DNA of 63,037 bases, filler included, from Nemertoderma westbladi (taxonomy: Eukaryota > Animalia > Xenacoelomorpha), in NCBI GenBank assembly GCA_032718475.1. It is 3 parts of 3 records of this genome, joined end to end, with 100 filler letters (N's around TTAATTAATTAA, not from the genome) between each part and the next. Parts side by side here need not be neighbours in the genome. Positions count along the whole stretch, not along the records: positions 49,290 to 63,037 come from JAUCBJ010004105.1; 2 more parts are not named here. One strand, 5' to 3'. The notes below the pieces were generated by a model that saw nothing but the letters and a program-made list of their open reading frames with translations, was not told the DNA's origin and searched no databases. Below are positions 49,290-62,544 of the stretch, piece after piece. The position numbers were made by a program, and so were the translations under genes. Each line of letters begins with the position of its first letter. Position 1 is the first letter of the stretch.

Positions 49290-51970
49290 TTTTAGAATAA
49301 TTGAATTTCTGAATATTTTAGGGTTACTTGGTTACTTTAACTTACTTTGTTACCGTTATTTAAGCAGTAGTCCAACTGATATTGAGACCGAGTTGTGGTA
49401 TGACAGACCTACTGATTTATAAATCTTTTAAGTTGATTTATAATATATATATATATATATACCCTGATAAGGGTTTTGTTACAATACTGAAATAGATGTT
49501 ACTATTTCTGGGAATAATCACTACACAGAAGCTGTGCGCTCTCAGTGAAGTGTTACTTATTGGACACTAAAACGAATAATTCTACTGGCCTACGTTACTT
49601 ATCTATTAATTACTTACAATATTGTTGAGATTACAATCTCTAATAAACACACGAAAAACTATACGTACGAATATTTTTTAGGGTAATTTAACAGGGATAC
49701 TACGAACCAGTCTAACAAAGGGTTAGGACTTCTGGTTATTACAACGGATAGGATACTACGGTATTTGAAAATAATAAGCAGAAGTAAATATACTGCGTTG
49801 TCCAGATAGGAAAATACCACCGCCTGACGACCTACAGCCGTATCGCTATAGGTACTACGTTATGTATCACGGAGTGTTCCTACCTAGAGGTTAATAGAAC
49901 GAACGTGCCTATCAACCACTTTACAACACAAATATAATGCCTACACTAATTACTTTCGGAAAGCACTGTACACTAAACCCTAAGAGGTACAAGTACTTGT
50001 AAAACAGATAACTTGCAGTTAAATATACTTGAACAGTTAAAAGAACCACAGCATCTGCTGGAGTGACCGGGGCACAAAGTCACCAGTCTTTACCTACGCC
50101 AAGCAGCCCGTGTAGTACCGGGGTTAATTTAACTATAACGGTATGTATAACAAACACAATTACTGTAGGAATAAACTTGGGGACATGAATGTTGCGAGTA
50201 ATCGCATAAACTCTGAATAATAAATATTACGCTACCCGTACAGAATACTCAAATAAAATACAAGCTAAATGCTGGCAGACTACTATCAAGCCTAAACAAA
50301 CTACAGTATGTGCAGATTCCAAAATTGTTAGTTAGTATGCGTGCTAACACGGTAGTACGACTTATTCTTTAGCAGGGGGTTGACCTTACAACTACGAGTT
50401 GCCCCAACTTACTAACTGGCACTTTATCAGACTTACTCTACACACGCAGCAATTCCTTCAGACCCAACAACAGCCAGACAACAATCCAGCCTACAAAATA
50501 TCTGAATAATATTACGGTACCTGAACAGACTATACAAACAATACAGGATAAACGCTGACGGACTACTATCAAGCCTAAATAAACTACAGTATGTGCAGAT
50601 TCCAAAATTGTTAGTTAGTATGCGTGCTAATACGGTAGTACGACTTATTCTTTAAGAGGGGGTTGACCTTACAACTACGAGTTGCCCCAACTTACTAACT
50701 GGCACTTTATCAGACTTACTCTACACATGCTGTAATCTTCAAGCCTAACAACAGTCAGACAACAGTCCAGCCTACAATGATCTGAACAATCTGAGCAGAC
50801 TTACACGTCTTCAGCTCAATATTAACTTACTAGGAAATAAAACTGACAGAAATAGACCTAAGTAAAATCCCAATAAAAACCAGGCGTCCCCGATTTAATA
50901 TCGAGACCTACCGGTATACAATAATCAAAATCGAATAATACTAATGTACTTATACTGGAAGTACCGGTTAGGACAGTTGGGCCTACAGACCTACAGAAGT
51001 ACCGGTTCTGGCAGTTGGACCTACTGACCTACAGAAGTACCGGTTCAGGTTTACCGGTTGACCGGTACTTCGCAACCTTATTGCTTACTGCAATAAGATC
51101 AATAACTGTTATTGTACGCGCTTTTGGAGACCTTTAGCAGTTTAACCTGCCAAAATTTATATGTCTTTAGTTGGTAAATTGACTTTATAAGATGACAAGA
51201 TTTAATACAAAATAAACAAAACATTAGCCGAAGCCAGCCTAGTGCGCGTCCATTCACCCGCTGGATATACCCGGGGGGCTGGATTCTGAGGGCTTAGATT
51301 TATTGCAGTGAAGCCTACTTGTATTATTCGATTGATCACTAATGTAATAATCTCTGGCAAATATTATTCACTTTCGGGAAATATTAGCAGTTCCTTTAGG
51401 ACGTGGCGCTCTATCTATGTAAACAAAGTTATGACTTACACCAAACACAACGATATGGCTTAGATTTCACGTATGAGACGCATTCTTTTGGAGATGCTTA
51501 GTTATCAGTCTCAATCACAATCATACACACTACCGGTACCGCACAATACTGCTCACTGGTTTGCCGACAGTCACTGACTTTGATCACGTATAAAGAGAAT
51601 AGCACTTGACTCAAGTAGTGGCTACCAAATAGCATTATATTCACTACAAACCACTATAATATAAGTCGCAATCGTTGTATGTAAACTGTCTCTCTAACCT
51701 GTAGTGTATCAAGAAAATTGGGAAATTCGGGTTATTTGACGATATTCTTCAACTAATAACATCCAATTAACTGACACAAAGAATTACAAACCATAAAAGC
51801 AGTAAGACGGTAGGTTAAGATTAGAATAAAAAACACCAAAAACTGATATGTGTTGAGTTGATATGATATGAACTGACAACAGCTATACGCTCTATAATCT
51901 TAAGCCTACTAATGTTTCTTATAAAGTCTAAAAACAAGCGATTCCAGAGCCGTTCTTCCTGGCTTAGAAT
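49290..51970 (-). mobile_element. Second, diverged copy of the long leader element
   Basis: Co-linear similarity to 1385-4030, including the internal tandem duplication (~50220-50780); cut by the gap. Confidence 0.85.
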
Positions 51971-52532
51971 CACCAACAACACTAAAAACTGATAAGAATA
52001 ACCTTATTTACAAAGGCTTCCACCCACCACAGAGAATGAGCATACAGATAGGAAAATTCAGTTCAGTAGATCTGTGATAGGTCGAAATCAAAACCAACTC
52101 AAATCCTATTGGCAGATACAGAAAGCAGGGCTGTGGGGCAACCTTCCCAAGCTGGTTGGACGATCAAACGTAGCCCAGATCCCTTCGCACAGCAAATCAG
52201 CCAATCAGCCGGTAGCTTGCACTATTCTAGTTATAGATACCTTTTTAGAGTATTCCAGCGCCTGGGGGGAACTGGTTAGCAAGGCAAACGAATCAGTTAT
52301 CCCACAAAAGCTTTTACAGCTACAGTATAGTTTAAAAGGGTTGCAGTATATTCAGTTGGTAAATATGTAGTAGTAAGATAGTAAAATAGAACATACATTA
52401 GGACCAAGTACATTTCGAATGTTGCATGTTGACTTACATGTCACTGTAGTCATTTAAAGTAAAGTAAGTAAATATGTCCGCAGAACATACATTAGGACCA
52501 AGTACATTTTGAATGTTACATGTTGAAAGTTG

Positions 52533-53020
52533 ACTAATACTACTACAACAACTATCGGCACGCTGTATTGCGGGTAGCCTACATGATATATATTAGGCCT
52601 ACATATATATTAAGAATGCTGTGCCAGTTTGTCAACAAAATTTCGACGCCACAACTCCCTATCACCCATGACATTTGCTAGATCATCCGCATCTTCAAGG
52701 CCAGTGTCCTTTAAGATGCATCTCAAGAAAGTCATGGGTTGTCCACCATGCTTATTCACTCCATGAGGCCGCCAAAGCACAAGCTTATGCACTGGTTAGT
52801 CCTCGCGGTGAAAGCAATGTCCTGCAAAGCGGAGGCGGGTCCGTTCAAGTGTCGACCTAGGGGAGACTAATTAAACAGACCTCCAATGTTGTATAGAGTC
52901 TGAATGGAGATGTGTACATTGTACTTGACACAATGAACCCGGCGCAACATTCTTGTATAACTAACTGTCATCCAGAAATTTGATGTCCTCTACGGTTAGA
53001 GCCCAGTATAAACTCCCAAA
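52533..53020 (-). mobile_element. RTE LINE 3' fragment
   Basis: VLWRPHGVNKHGGQPMTFL...FVDKLAQHS; same family as 14091 and 42826. Confidence 0.9.
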
Positions 53021-54346
53021 GGACTGAAAGTTGACTGTTCCTGTGGAACGCCACTATAGGCCAAAATCTATCTATATTTTAGTTGAAAGCATGTGACCAG
53101 GGCCTTTACAGTACCCTACTAATAATCACTACAGTATAATGTATAATTTGCTATAAAATAACATCACAAATCAATACTGTAGTACAGTAATATGTATGTT
53201 ATTATGATTCCCCATTTATTAGTGCACTTGTGCAGTGTAACTTACAGTAGGCCTACAGTATTATAGGAAATGTCCAGTATTGTGTAGCAATTCGTCTCTA
53301 GCGAACATTCATACACTTCTAGCCAGCCGGGGAAGGATAATAATATGCTTCCCGCAACGTAAATCGAATATAATCTACAATAGCAGCCTATACTGTACTT
53401 CATTAGTAACAAGCTGAGACCACGAAGGCTACTGATGATGTATACGGAAATATTGCCTCTGGTTTCTTATTATTTAACTTGAGTTCGAGTGTACTGTAGG
53501 CCTATGTAAGATACGTTATTACTACATATTATACTGTATGTACAGTAAATCTGACACGCAATAGTGGGGTCTTAGCGCCGTACCAATTAAGCAAGCTTTA
53601 GCATAGGGATACCACACCACTATTTTAAGCGTAGCCTAGTTGCCCTCTAGCGGGAGAATCGAGAATTGCTAACGCTGAGTCTCCCACACTGCCACACGTA
53701 AATTATATTTCAAAACTTTGGACAGCTTAGGCCTACATGCTGATATGTCGTACCAAGTTCGCTTTCATTTCAATGAAGTAAAGACAGTCTGTAACCCAGT
53801 GCAGTCTGCAACCCAGCGACTTACGTCTGTAAGCTAAGCTCTATCAGCAAATCGCTGACAGGATTTGTAACCATAGGAACAGAACTGTTCTACCCTATGA
53901 AATGCAGTTGTGACCAGAACCTAGACGGCAACTATACATACACCCTATTGGAAGACATAATAAAGACTATTGACTATGGTTAGATAATACTGTGTGTACA
54001 GTAGTGTACTTGTTTGGACCAAACTGGACCGAAAACATGGCGAATTGCACCACAATGCAGAAATGAATGAGCGGGGCAAAAAATGATATCAATTGAAATT
54101 TAAAATTTTAGAATTTTGATCATCAAGGTCTTTTGATTTAAAAGTAATACTCTTACAGTAAATAAAATTGATTTTCTGTAATACTCTATTTCTATCTCTC
54201 GTTTATTGTTTTATCAGTTTAGGCCCTATCCACACGTAGGTCATATGTTTGATATTACTGCAATGGGTTATTCCATTTTTGGCATATCCAGCCACAGCCA
54301 GCCGGACAGTGGTTCCGACTGGACTTACCAAAATCATCAACCATAC

Positions 54347-54569
54347 CTCGTACACGTAGCGTAGGCATGAGGCGCCGTTCGCGCCGAAATTAAGTCAACC
54401 TTCTGTTTGATATCCATATCATACTGTATGTACATTCTCGGACAGTGATTTTTCATAGATTTCCTATACAAATTCTCTAACCGATAATTTTCAATCCGAG
54501 AATTTGTAGTGATTACATCTGACTGTCTGTCATTGTTAGAACTAGTCAAACTGCTCTCATTTATTTTAT
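54347..54569 (-). CDS. Putative first coding exon (3' part) of the TNIP2-like locus, interrupted by a LINE
   Basis: Open frame KINESSLTSSNND...LENLYRKSMK...TCT, ending AG|gtatgg (phase 2, matching the 45776 acceptor). In-frame ATGs lie beyond the LINE at 56483 and 56477. Confidence 0.45.
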
Positions 54570-56424
54570 ATATTATATATATATATTTTATATATTTATA
54601 TGAAGAGCCATGCCCATCGGAAGTCGAACAATTAGAAACCGAATGGTACAACGAACCCTTCACTCAGCAGGAGGTAAACGAAGTAATATCCTCAGCGGCC
54701 AATAAGAAGGCGTGTGGGCCGGACAGAATCTACTACGAACATCTAAAACTCTCCTCCTCGGTCCTTCTCACCACAATCACGCTACTTTTCAACACCTGTT
54801 TGTATATTGGCAAACTACCTACAATTTGGAGAGAAAGCATCTTAGTTATCATCTACAAAGGAAAGGGCCCCATCACAAATCCTGATAATTATAGAGGGAT
54901 AGCTCTTCTGTGCGTCCTCTTGAAAACGCTAACCTCTGTAATCGACAAACGAGTTCGTAAATGGTTATCCTTTATCAAATATATACCACCGGAACAATAT
55001 GGATTTTCCCCTGGGAGATCTACTATTGATGCTCTGCGAAATCTTCTAAAGGATATCTCCACGCGCTTAAACTCAACCAACAAAAACGAACGCGTGCTTT
55101 ATGCTGCATTCGTTGACTTTCGCAAAGCTTTTGATATGGTTAGTCGAATCAAACTCCTATCCAAAATCCACGCAGCTGGTATAAAAGGAAAGCTATATAA
55201 CTTGATACGAGCGTTATTGGATAATAATATTTTCGATGGAATATTTCTATTGCCGCGTTTTCGATGGAGTAAAATTATCAAATATTATACACCAACTCCG
55301 GGGTGTGCTCCAGGGTGACTGCTTCAGCCCCACATGTTTCCTGATCCTCATCGCAGACCTCGCCTTCATTCTGCGTCAAGTAGCAGCAACTATTAAGTTC
55401 ATTTTCTTTGCAGACGACCTTGTATTTTACTCTTCAACACGGGAAGACATTCAACAGGGCTTAGACGTTCTTCATCAGTGGTGCATTGTTAATGGCATGG
55501 AAGTAAACCTCACCAAAACAAAAATCATAAAATTTAGGAAAGGTGGCCGTCTAGCACTGAACGACAAATTCACTTATGCTGGTTCCAATGTCATCGTGAC
55601 AAATAAATACGAATATCTAGGTGTAATCCTCCAGCCTTCTCTATGCTTCAGTGAACATATCGAATCAAAAAAGAAGAAATCGTACAGTGTAATTGGCTCA
55701 ATAAATAATTTACCTCTCTTATCTGTAGAAACCGGTTTACGGATTTTCAACATGAAAATTGCCCCAATGATATTATATGCACTGCCTGAGATTGCTCCTT
55801 TCCTTAAACTCCCGCAACTAAAAGATATAGACAAGATAAAAACGACATTTATTAAGAAAATGCTAAACTTGCACACCTCTGCCTCCTCCACGATGGCCCT
55901 CAATCTGATCGGCGAGAAGTCATTGGTGGAAGACATTTGCAAGATGCATCCAAATATTTTCGATACTAACTCTCTCGCCCTATACTCTAACTTCAGGGAG
56001 GAGCGGGAGGCTAACTTCATCGCGGCTGGTTACGCACTCGGTCCCGGGTTCTCATCTTCTGGCTGGAAATTACCTGGCCAGCGAAACCGCCATCTCATAA
56101 CGAGGTCAACCTCGCACGGTTTCCACCATAAACTGTGCAGGAACTCAGTCCCCTTCCACGACCTATCCGACGGCTGCGCATGCCGGTACTGCGACGGGTC
56201 TGCCAAAGACCGCTACCACGCTCTGGTTTGCCCCACGTGCCCATCGCTATCTCAACTATCGTTGTAAATACATCTCACTTCCACCACTCTTAACTTTATT
56301 TTTAGCTATATTTAATTTTAGAATTGTTTAATTTAAATTTATTGAAAATTATGTGCTGTGCTTTTTATAAATTTACCTGGCCTACCCAATTTGCCCCGAT
56401 TGGGGGCGTATCTTCAATATATAT
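54570..56424 (+). mobile_element. 5'-truncated LINE (RT plus C-terminal Cys/His motif; CR1/L2/Jockey-group, clade uncertain)
   Basis: KACGPDRI, NYRGIALL, QYGF, FVDFRKAFD, GVLQGDCFSP, FFADDL, YEYLGV, CxCxxC...H...C; frameshift near 55230-55260; 3' hairpin gcccc..ggggc and (TA)n tail; ~38-bp flanking duplication. Confidence 0.93.
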
Positions 56425-57105
56425 ATTGTTAGAACTACAGTAGTCAAACTGCTCTCATTTATTTTATTTTCTATCATATTCATAAACCAAAACCCTTAAC
56501 GCACATACAGTAGATTTTAAGTTTACGTAGGTCTATTAACCTCTTTAGCCTACTTACAGTACTCTCTGTAGTTTACCGGTACATAAACTGATACATTCTG
56601 AGTCAGATAGTGTTCGCGTTAGCTGGCAGGCTGGTGTAGTGCTGTAGTACTGCCAGACTGTAGTACAGTAGTATGTAGTAAGTAAGTACTGAAGTAAGAC
56701 AGTACTGCAGTAAGACATACGGCTGTACGGTCTGACGGTTCAAACCTCTTCAGCTCTTAGGCCTACAGTCTTAGGCTTAGCAGCTTAGGTTAAGACAATA
56801 CCTGAATCTGTGAATACAGCACCAACTAACAGACTAAGAGAGTCTAAGAGACTAAGAGAGTCTCTCTCACGCACATTTCAGCATTTACACTACCGGTACA
56901 TCTCTACAGCGGTGCAGCGGTGCCAGACTGAGACTAAAGGACTAGCCCACTACACCTGTACACTACCGGCTGATCGGTACCCAGCACCACCGCAGGCAGA
57001 CAGTGGCTGAGTGGGCAGGGCTGGGACTGGCAGACTGGGACTGACGGAACACAGAGGTAGAGAAACTGACAAAGACACGTTGAGGTGATCAACTTCCGTA
57101 CGAAG

Positions 57106-57267
57106 ATGACAGAAGGCATCCGCCCTCTCGCTGGTGGTCGCGGGCGTTGTCCTACACTTATTATCGTCGCTCTGATGTTGACGATGGGTTTCATATTGTT
57201 TAGTTACTGGACCCTCAATGAGGAGCACAAACTAGCAATCAATAAAGTTGGAAGTTTAGCGAACCGG
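57106..57267 (+). CDS. GOLM1/GOLM2(CASC4)-like type II Golgi membrane protein, exon 1
   Basis: MTEGIRPLAGGRGRCPTLIIVALMLTMGFILFSYW: short basic tail, TM helix, F.YW motif; |gtaagt donor. Confidence 0.78.
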
Positions 57268-59062
57268 GTAAGTTCAGATCTTCAGAAGTTGGATAAGTCA
57301 GTAAAAAAGCTTACCGGTATGGTAGTGTAGTACGGTTTGAACAGTTGAAGTATGGTTTACACTTTATTGCGAAATGCAATTAAAAGGCAGAATGGAGCAA
57401 TTGGATGAGTCAGTATGCAGTAATTAGGTACACTAGTCCTACCTAGAGCAGAGGCTGCTCGGTTAGGGTGGCCTAAAAAAAATTATTTTCGATATTCAAC
57501 TCGACTCGACTCAGCTTAAGCTGTAAGCTGAGCTAGGCCTATAAAACAATTTAAATAGGTGTATAATATTTTGTGTGTTCAAAATTATTTTGCTTTAAAT
57601 TGAGTTGAACTAGTTCCAGCAATGTGGCAACATGTTTGCACTCAATCGGCACGTTTCGCGACTACCGGCCAGCCGGCAGACCTGTACGCCGTACCCCATA
57701 CAACCATATCAGCCATTTTGCTACAGCTACTTCCACTTCTGCTACTCCTATTGTTGTATTGCAAAGTCCTTTCTTATACCAATCGAAACGTAATTATCAA
57801 TATAAGGGGGGGGGGGGGGGGGGGGTGGTAGACTAGACACCTTCAAAATGAAAGTAGAGTGATTATTTATCGAGCTATTCTACAAAAGGATTCAGTTGTC
57901 TGAACTCTGAACCCAATATTCAATATAGACGCGTCTATGTGTGTGAGATAAGCATTTCATTACAAATGTTACTTCCAATTACAGCACTGACAGACTGAAT
58001 CCAAAATGGTCTCATTGAAACCGCAATTATCGATTGGGATAGACACCTTCAAAGTGCGAGTAGATTGATTACTTTTCGAGATATTTCATAAAATGTACAA
58101 GAAGCTAGGGATGTACCGGAATTCCGTTCCGGCCGGAATTCCAACCGTTTGGGACCGGTTCCTGCCGAAAGGACAGAGATTCCGGCGCCGGAATGCCGGA
58201 ATTTTTGTCTTTTTTGTGATTAAAATATTACTTTACGTTCAATAAAACATCCTTCTGTTCTGATAGTATTATTTTTGGATTAAAAGTTTATTTTTAAACT
58301 TTTAAAGTAATGAATAACAACAATAACATATACCATACCTAGAAAAGCCATTTTGAGTAAAGAGCAAGACGCATGGAATGATGGATTGTTTTTGTAAACA
58401 ATCGATTCAAATAAAAGGTTACAGAGTTTTAACTTCCAATAATTGAAATGTTTACTAAAACAAATATACTATTGGTGGTACGTCTAAAGTCAAATGTGAT
58501 AACATTTAAACACTTTTAGATTGATAATTATAATAATTAGTTAATATAAATTATTATTATGATTTTATTATTAAATTTCACTCAGGAAAATGTGTAGGGC
58601 CTCTTCATGTAGCTCATTCAGCTGTAGTCTTCATTAAATTTTTACAGTTCGAGAAAAATTGCCATTGGTTTATAAAATTGAACTTTTTGCACCTCTGGAA
58701 GGGAAACATCTATTTTCTTCTAGAACATAGCTCTATATTTCAATCAGAATATCACAGTTATACCAACTGAAATATGGATAATGATGCATAACTGGCGGCG
58801 AAGTAGTGAAGCGTTTACGAAATACTTTCATTATCCGTACGTCGTACATTCAAACCAAGGATACATACAAAAAATGAGTATAATTCAGAGTATAATTTTT
58901 TGTATGTATTTTTTTTTATGGAGAAAATATTGCAAATAATATTGTTTCTGTATTTGGATCATCCAAATTCTTCATCATTCTGAAAATAATGGATAAATTA
59001 TCAATTCTGGAAGACGCGGAAAAGGAATTCCAGAGCTTGACCACTATGCCCAACATACACAT

Positions 59063-59436
59063 TGGTGCTCAAACGGGATCCTGATCCCGAAAAACCGGGA
59101 TCCCTGCGAAAAATTCATTCCCGGTCTTGATGTCTATCCCAACGTTTTTGGACCGGGATCCCAAAGTATAAATAGTTCAGAATATTTGTTGAATATCTGA
59201 TAAATATTTCCACCAGAACGGAAGTGTTTTGTTTTAAACGAACAAGAACAGTTAACTAACTAATATTTCAGAAGTGTAAGATAAAGTGTGTTTTACCCAA
59301 AACCCGCCTCATACTAATAACTGTAAGGAATTTAATCCAAAATCGCAATCCCGATCCCAAAAAGCGGGATACCGAGAGTGCTAATCACGGTCGCGATCCC
59401 TGAAATCCCGAAATGTCTGATCCCATTTAAACACTA
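59063..59436 (-). mobile_element. hAT-like MITE, same family as 39105-39484
   Basis: Shared TIR and internal sequence in reverse orientation. Confidence 0.75.
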
Positions 59437-59639
59437 ATACCGGTACATATAACTAACTATAATACACCCCTCGTTATAATAACATACATCCCTCGTCGAA
59501 AAATTGACAAATTTAAGAATACGTAGGGCCTATAAACTTTTATTGCTTGAAGAAACTTTACAGATATATAAATCACAAATAAAATTTTAATATTATTTTA
59601 CTATTATTATTATTAGTATTAACAACGAAATATAGTAAG

Positions 59640-59880
59640 GCGGGTGGGGTTAGCTCAGTTGTTGAGCGCCAGGCTTAGTTAACCTATTGTTTGTAGGTTC
59701 GAGCCCAGTCTGGTTCCCTTCATTTAGCCTTTCATACTCTTGGGTCGATAAAATGAGCACCAGTTGAATTACTTACTGAAAAACTTGTGATAGTAACGTC
59801 CACTCGTTCCTTCGAGTAGCAGCTATAGAAAGAGGAGCCTTTCTGTCGCCTCCGACTTCGGCTGAATGTTTGTTTGCTTT
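59640..59880 (+). mobile_element. tRNA-derived SINE (MetaSINE-like central domain)
   Basis: A box tagctcagttg, B box ggttcgagccc, agcctttcat...gggtcgataaaatgagcaccag, (tgtt)n tail. Confidence 0.75.
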
Positions 59881-60980
59881 TATTAAGATAGTGAGAATAT
59901 TTAAATCGCTTTTCTCAATCTGTACATAAACACTCGGCTCATGTAGCTGAAAAACGTGTTACTTTTCACGCTATGAGAGTAGGATACAAATAAAATTAGT
60001 AACAAAATTTAAGCTCGCACCCCTACCTATTACCTGAATCCCTTGGGATCCAGGCTTTATTTTATGAAAATTCCGGTTCCGGAATAATCCGGCATTTGCA
60101 ATTCCTGTTCCGGTTCCGGCCGGAACCAAAATTCCGATTCCGGTACATCCCTGATAGAAGCCAACCTAAATATTTTGGGCATGGGCAATATCTCAATATG
60201 TAAGCACATATTTTTAAGGTGTCTACCCTAACCCTACCCCCACTAAATCGATAATTGTGGTTTCAATGAGACCATTTTGGATTCAGTGCTGTAATTGGAA
60301 GTAATATTTGTAGTAGAATGCTTATCTCACATAGACGCGTCTATACAGATGAATGACGATAGATGATGATGATAGACAGATGAATCCTTTGTAGAATATC
60401 TCTATAAATAATAACTCTACTTTCATTTTGAAGGTGGATACCGTCACTATATCGATAATTGCGGTTCGAATGGACAATGGTATAAAATCTTTGCAATTGG
60501 AGTAACAGAATTTGATATATAATAACCAAAATGTCTGATATTGGATTGTCGCGATAAGTGTCGATTGAGCGCAAAAATTTTGGCTCATGCCTGGAACTAC
60601 TTCCACTCAACTTAAAGCAAAATGATTTTGAAAACAATATTTTATACATTTTTGCATTATTTTATATAGCTGGGCCGAATGCCAAATAATACACAGTCGT
60701 ATAAGCAGGCAAATCACAATCACAAATCGTGCGATGTGTTAAATGTTATCCCGATCCGCAACCTGGGAAACGGCCCAAAGAGCAGTTTACTCTGCTACGG
60801 GATTCCGCATCAGATGAAATAAAAGTAAAAAATGTGGAACTTTTACCCTGGGAGGAGGTCCCCCCCCCCCCCCCCCCCCCCCAGCCCTTAAAGGGTGTAC
60901 GGTGTGGCAGTATAGACACGAGTATACATAACAATTTCATAAGAAACTCAAAATATATTTCTTATTTATATGTAATTCAG

Positions 60981-61172
60981 GTAGATAAGATCGAGTCCGG
61001 TAAACGCGATCTTGAGTCCCGCAATGAGGAACTGGAGTCGTACTCCAAGCAGATAGCCACCGAGATCAATCAACTGAAGGCTGACTTAGAGAAGAAGAGC
61101 ACCCAAGTTGTCGATCTACAAAACCAAATAAGGGATCAGGAAGGGTCGGTCGCGGGTTGCCAGAATGAGAAG
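60981..61172 (+). CDS. GOLM-like gene exon 2 (coiled coil)
   Basis: ttcag|VDKIESG...CQNEK|gtaatc, 192 nt, phase 0-0. Confidence 0.8.
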
Positions 61173-61367
61173 GTAATCTTTCGGATTCATTATCGCTAGT
61201 TACAGTCTGCTAATACTTGCGTTGTTAAGTACCGGCATCGGATTAGAACCTCTTACAGTATTTTGTATAACATCTTGTATTAATGCCAGTTACATGTCAG
61301 TTAAATCATATCGTTTCTTGAGGATCCGTCTTATATTTTCTGATTTTAATAATTAATTATCTTTTAG

Positions 61368-61459
61368 GTAAATTTACAAACTCGACTCACTGCAGCAGAA
61401 CAAAGTAATGCAGAAAGTGAATCATTGCGGAACCAACTTCTCGACACCCAGAATCGCCT
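61368..61459 (+). CDS. GOLM-like gene exon 3
   Basis: ttttag|VNLQTRLTAAEQ...QNR CT|gtaagt, phase 0-2. Confidence 0.75.
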
Positions 61460-61724
61460 GTAAGTTAGACAGTTTTAATAAGCGCCGCCCTGACCGCTCA
61501 CCGCTGACCATACAATTAGTTTCATACACACCTCACCTCCTCGAATAAACATTACGACCTTTATTTTTAATATTTCAATTTCTGAATTCAATGTTCGTAC
61601 AGTAGTAATACGAAAATTGGTTTACTACAATTCTGTGTTCGCCAAATAACCCACAAATAATTATGGTTGTTACCCGACGCGACCCAGGTACAGGTAGTCT
61701 ATGTCGTATTTGTTTATATTTAAG

Positions 61725-61895
61725 GACTGAATGTACGAAACGCAACGAGACACCGACCCAGACCAAGACCAAGGTCAGCAACGAACCAGCAGATGCAGCC
61801 AATCAGGAGTCGGCGGCACCAGCGTCCAATCAGGATGTAGATGGCGGCGCCCAAGAGCAACAAGTACAATTACCTCAGCCGGTGGCGGGAAATAA
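61725..61895 (+). CDS. GOLM-like gene exon 4 (low-complexity lumenal region)
   Basis: tttaag|G TECTKRNETP...PVAGN AA|gtaaga, phase 2-2; downstream exons not identified. Confidence 0.7.
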
Positions 61896-62544
61896 GTAAG
61901 ATTATTAGTTAGTTGGGTTATTGTCGGCAATAACTTTACTTCCCGTCTTCCGTTTCTCTTAGGCGCTAATATTATATGGGATATAATTGTTGTATCTCAC
62001 ACCGGTAATTATTTTTTCTGGTCACATAATTAAATACTTATGACATAATATTCTGCCAAACTATTAAATAAAATGCCGGTCATTTAATAAATTTGCCAGT
62101 TTTTATTAGATGATGATCCATTTATTATAAAGTGTGCCGCTTTAATTATCATTTCCGTTAAAAAAAAGGTGCCACGATTAATACAAATTACATCGAGCTG
62201 CATTGAATAGCTGCATTGCGCTGCATTACTTATATCGCATTTACCGATTAAACGTTTTCATTATCAATTAATAATAATTCCCTCCATGAGAAGTAAAGTT
62301 CCCATTTGTTTGCCGTTCAGTAATCTTTCACTAATTTATTTTTTATCTTATATTTTTATCCTTTTCGGTGAAATTTATATTTATTTTATGTTGATGGATT
62401 TCCCACGGCCCAAAGCCCATATTTAATATATTTAAGGTTTTTTAGACTAAATTTTATATTTATATTATGTTTCACTTTTTCTTAACATTTATGGTGATTC
62501 GTTGTAGTCCAGAATATGTCATTTATAAAAAGTATAATATTGTA

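Larger units (their letters stand above)
58106..60153. mobile_element. hAT-like non-autonomous element
   Basis: tagggatgtaccggaat / attccggtacatccctg; flanks caagaagc / atagaagc; ccgga subterminal repeats. Confidence 0.8.
57836..60440. mobile_element. Inverted-repeat element split by younger insertions
   Basis: 57836-58035 is inverted at ~60248-60437 (ttccaattacagcactga, atccaaaatggtctcattgaaacc). Confidence 0.7.

Noticed and set aside
59645-59720. Possible tRNA gene
   Set aside because: A and B boxes are present but the acceptor and anticodon stems are poor, and a SINE body and tail follow
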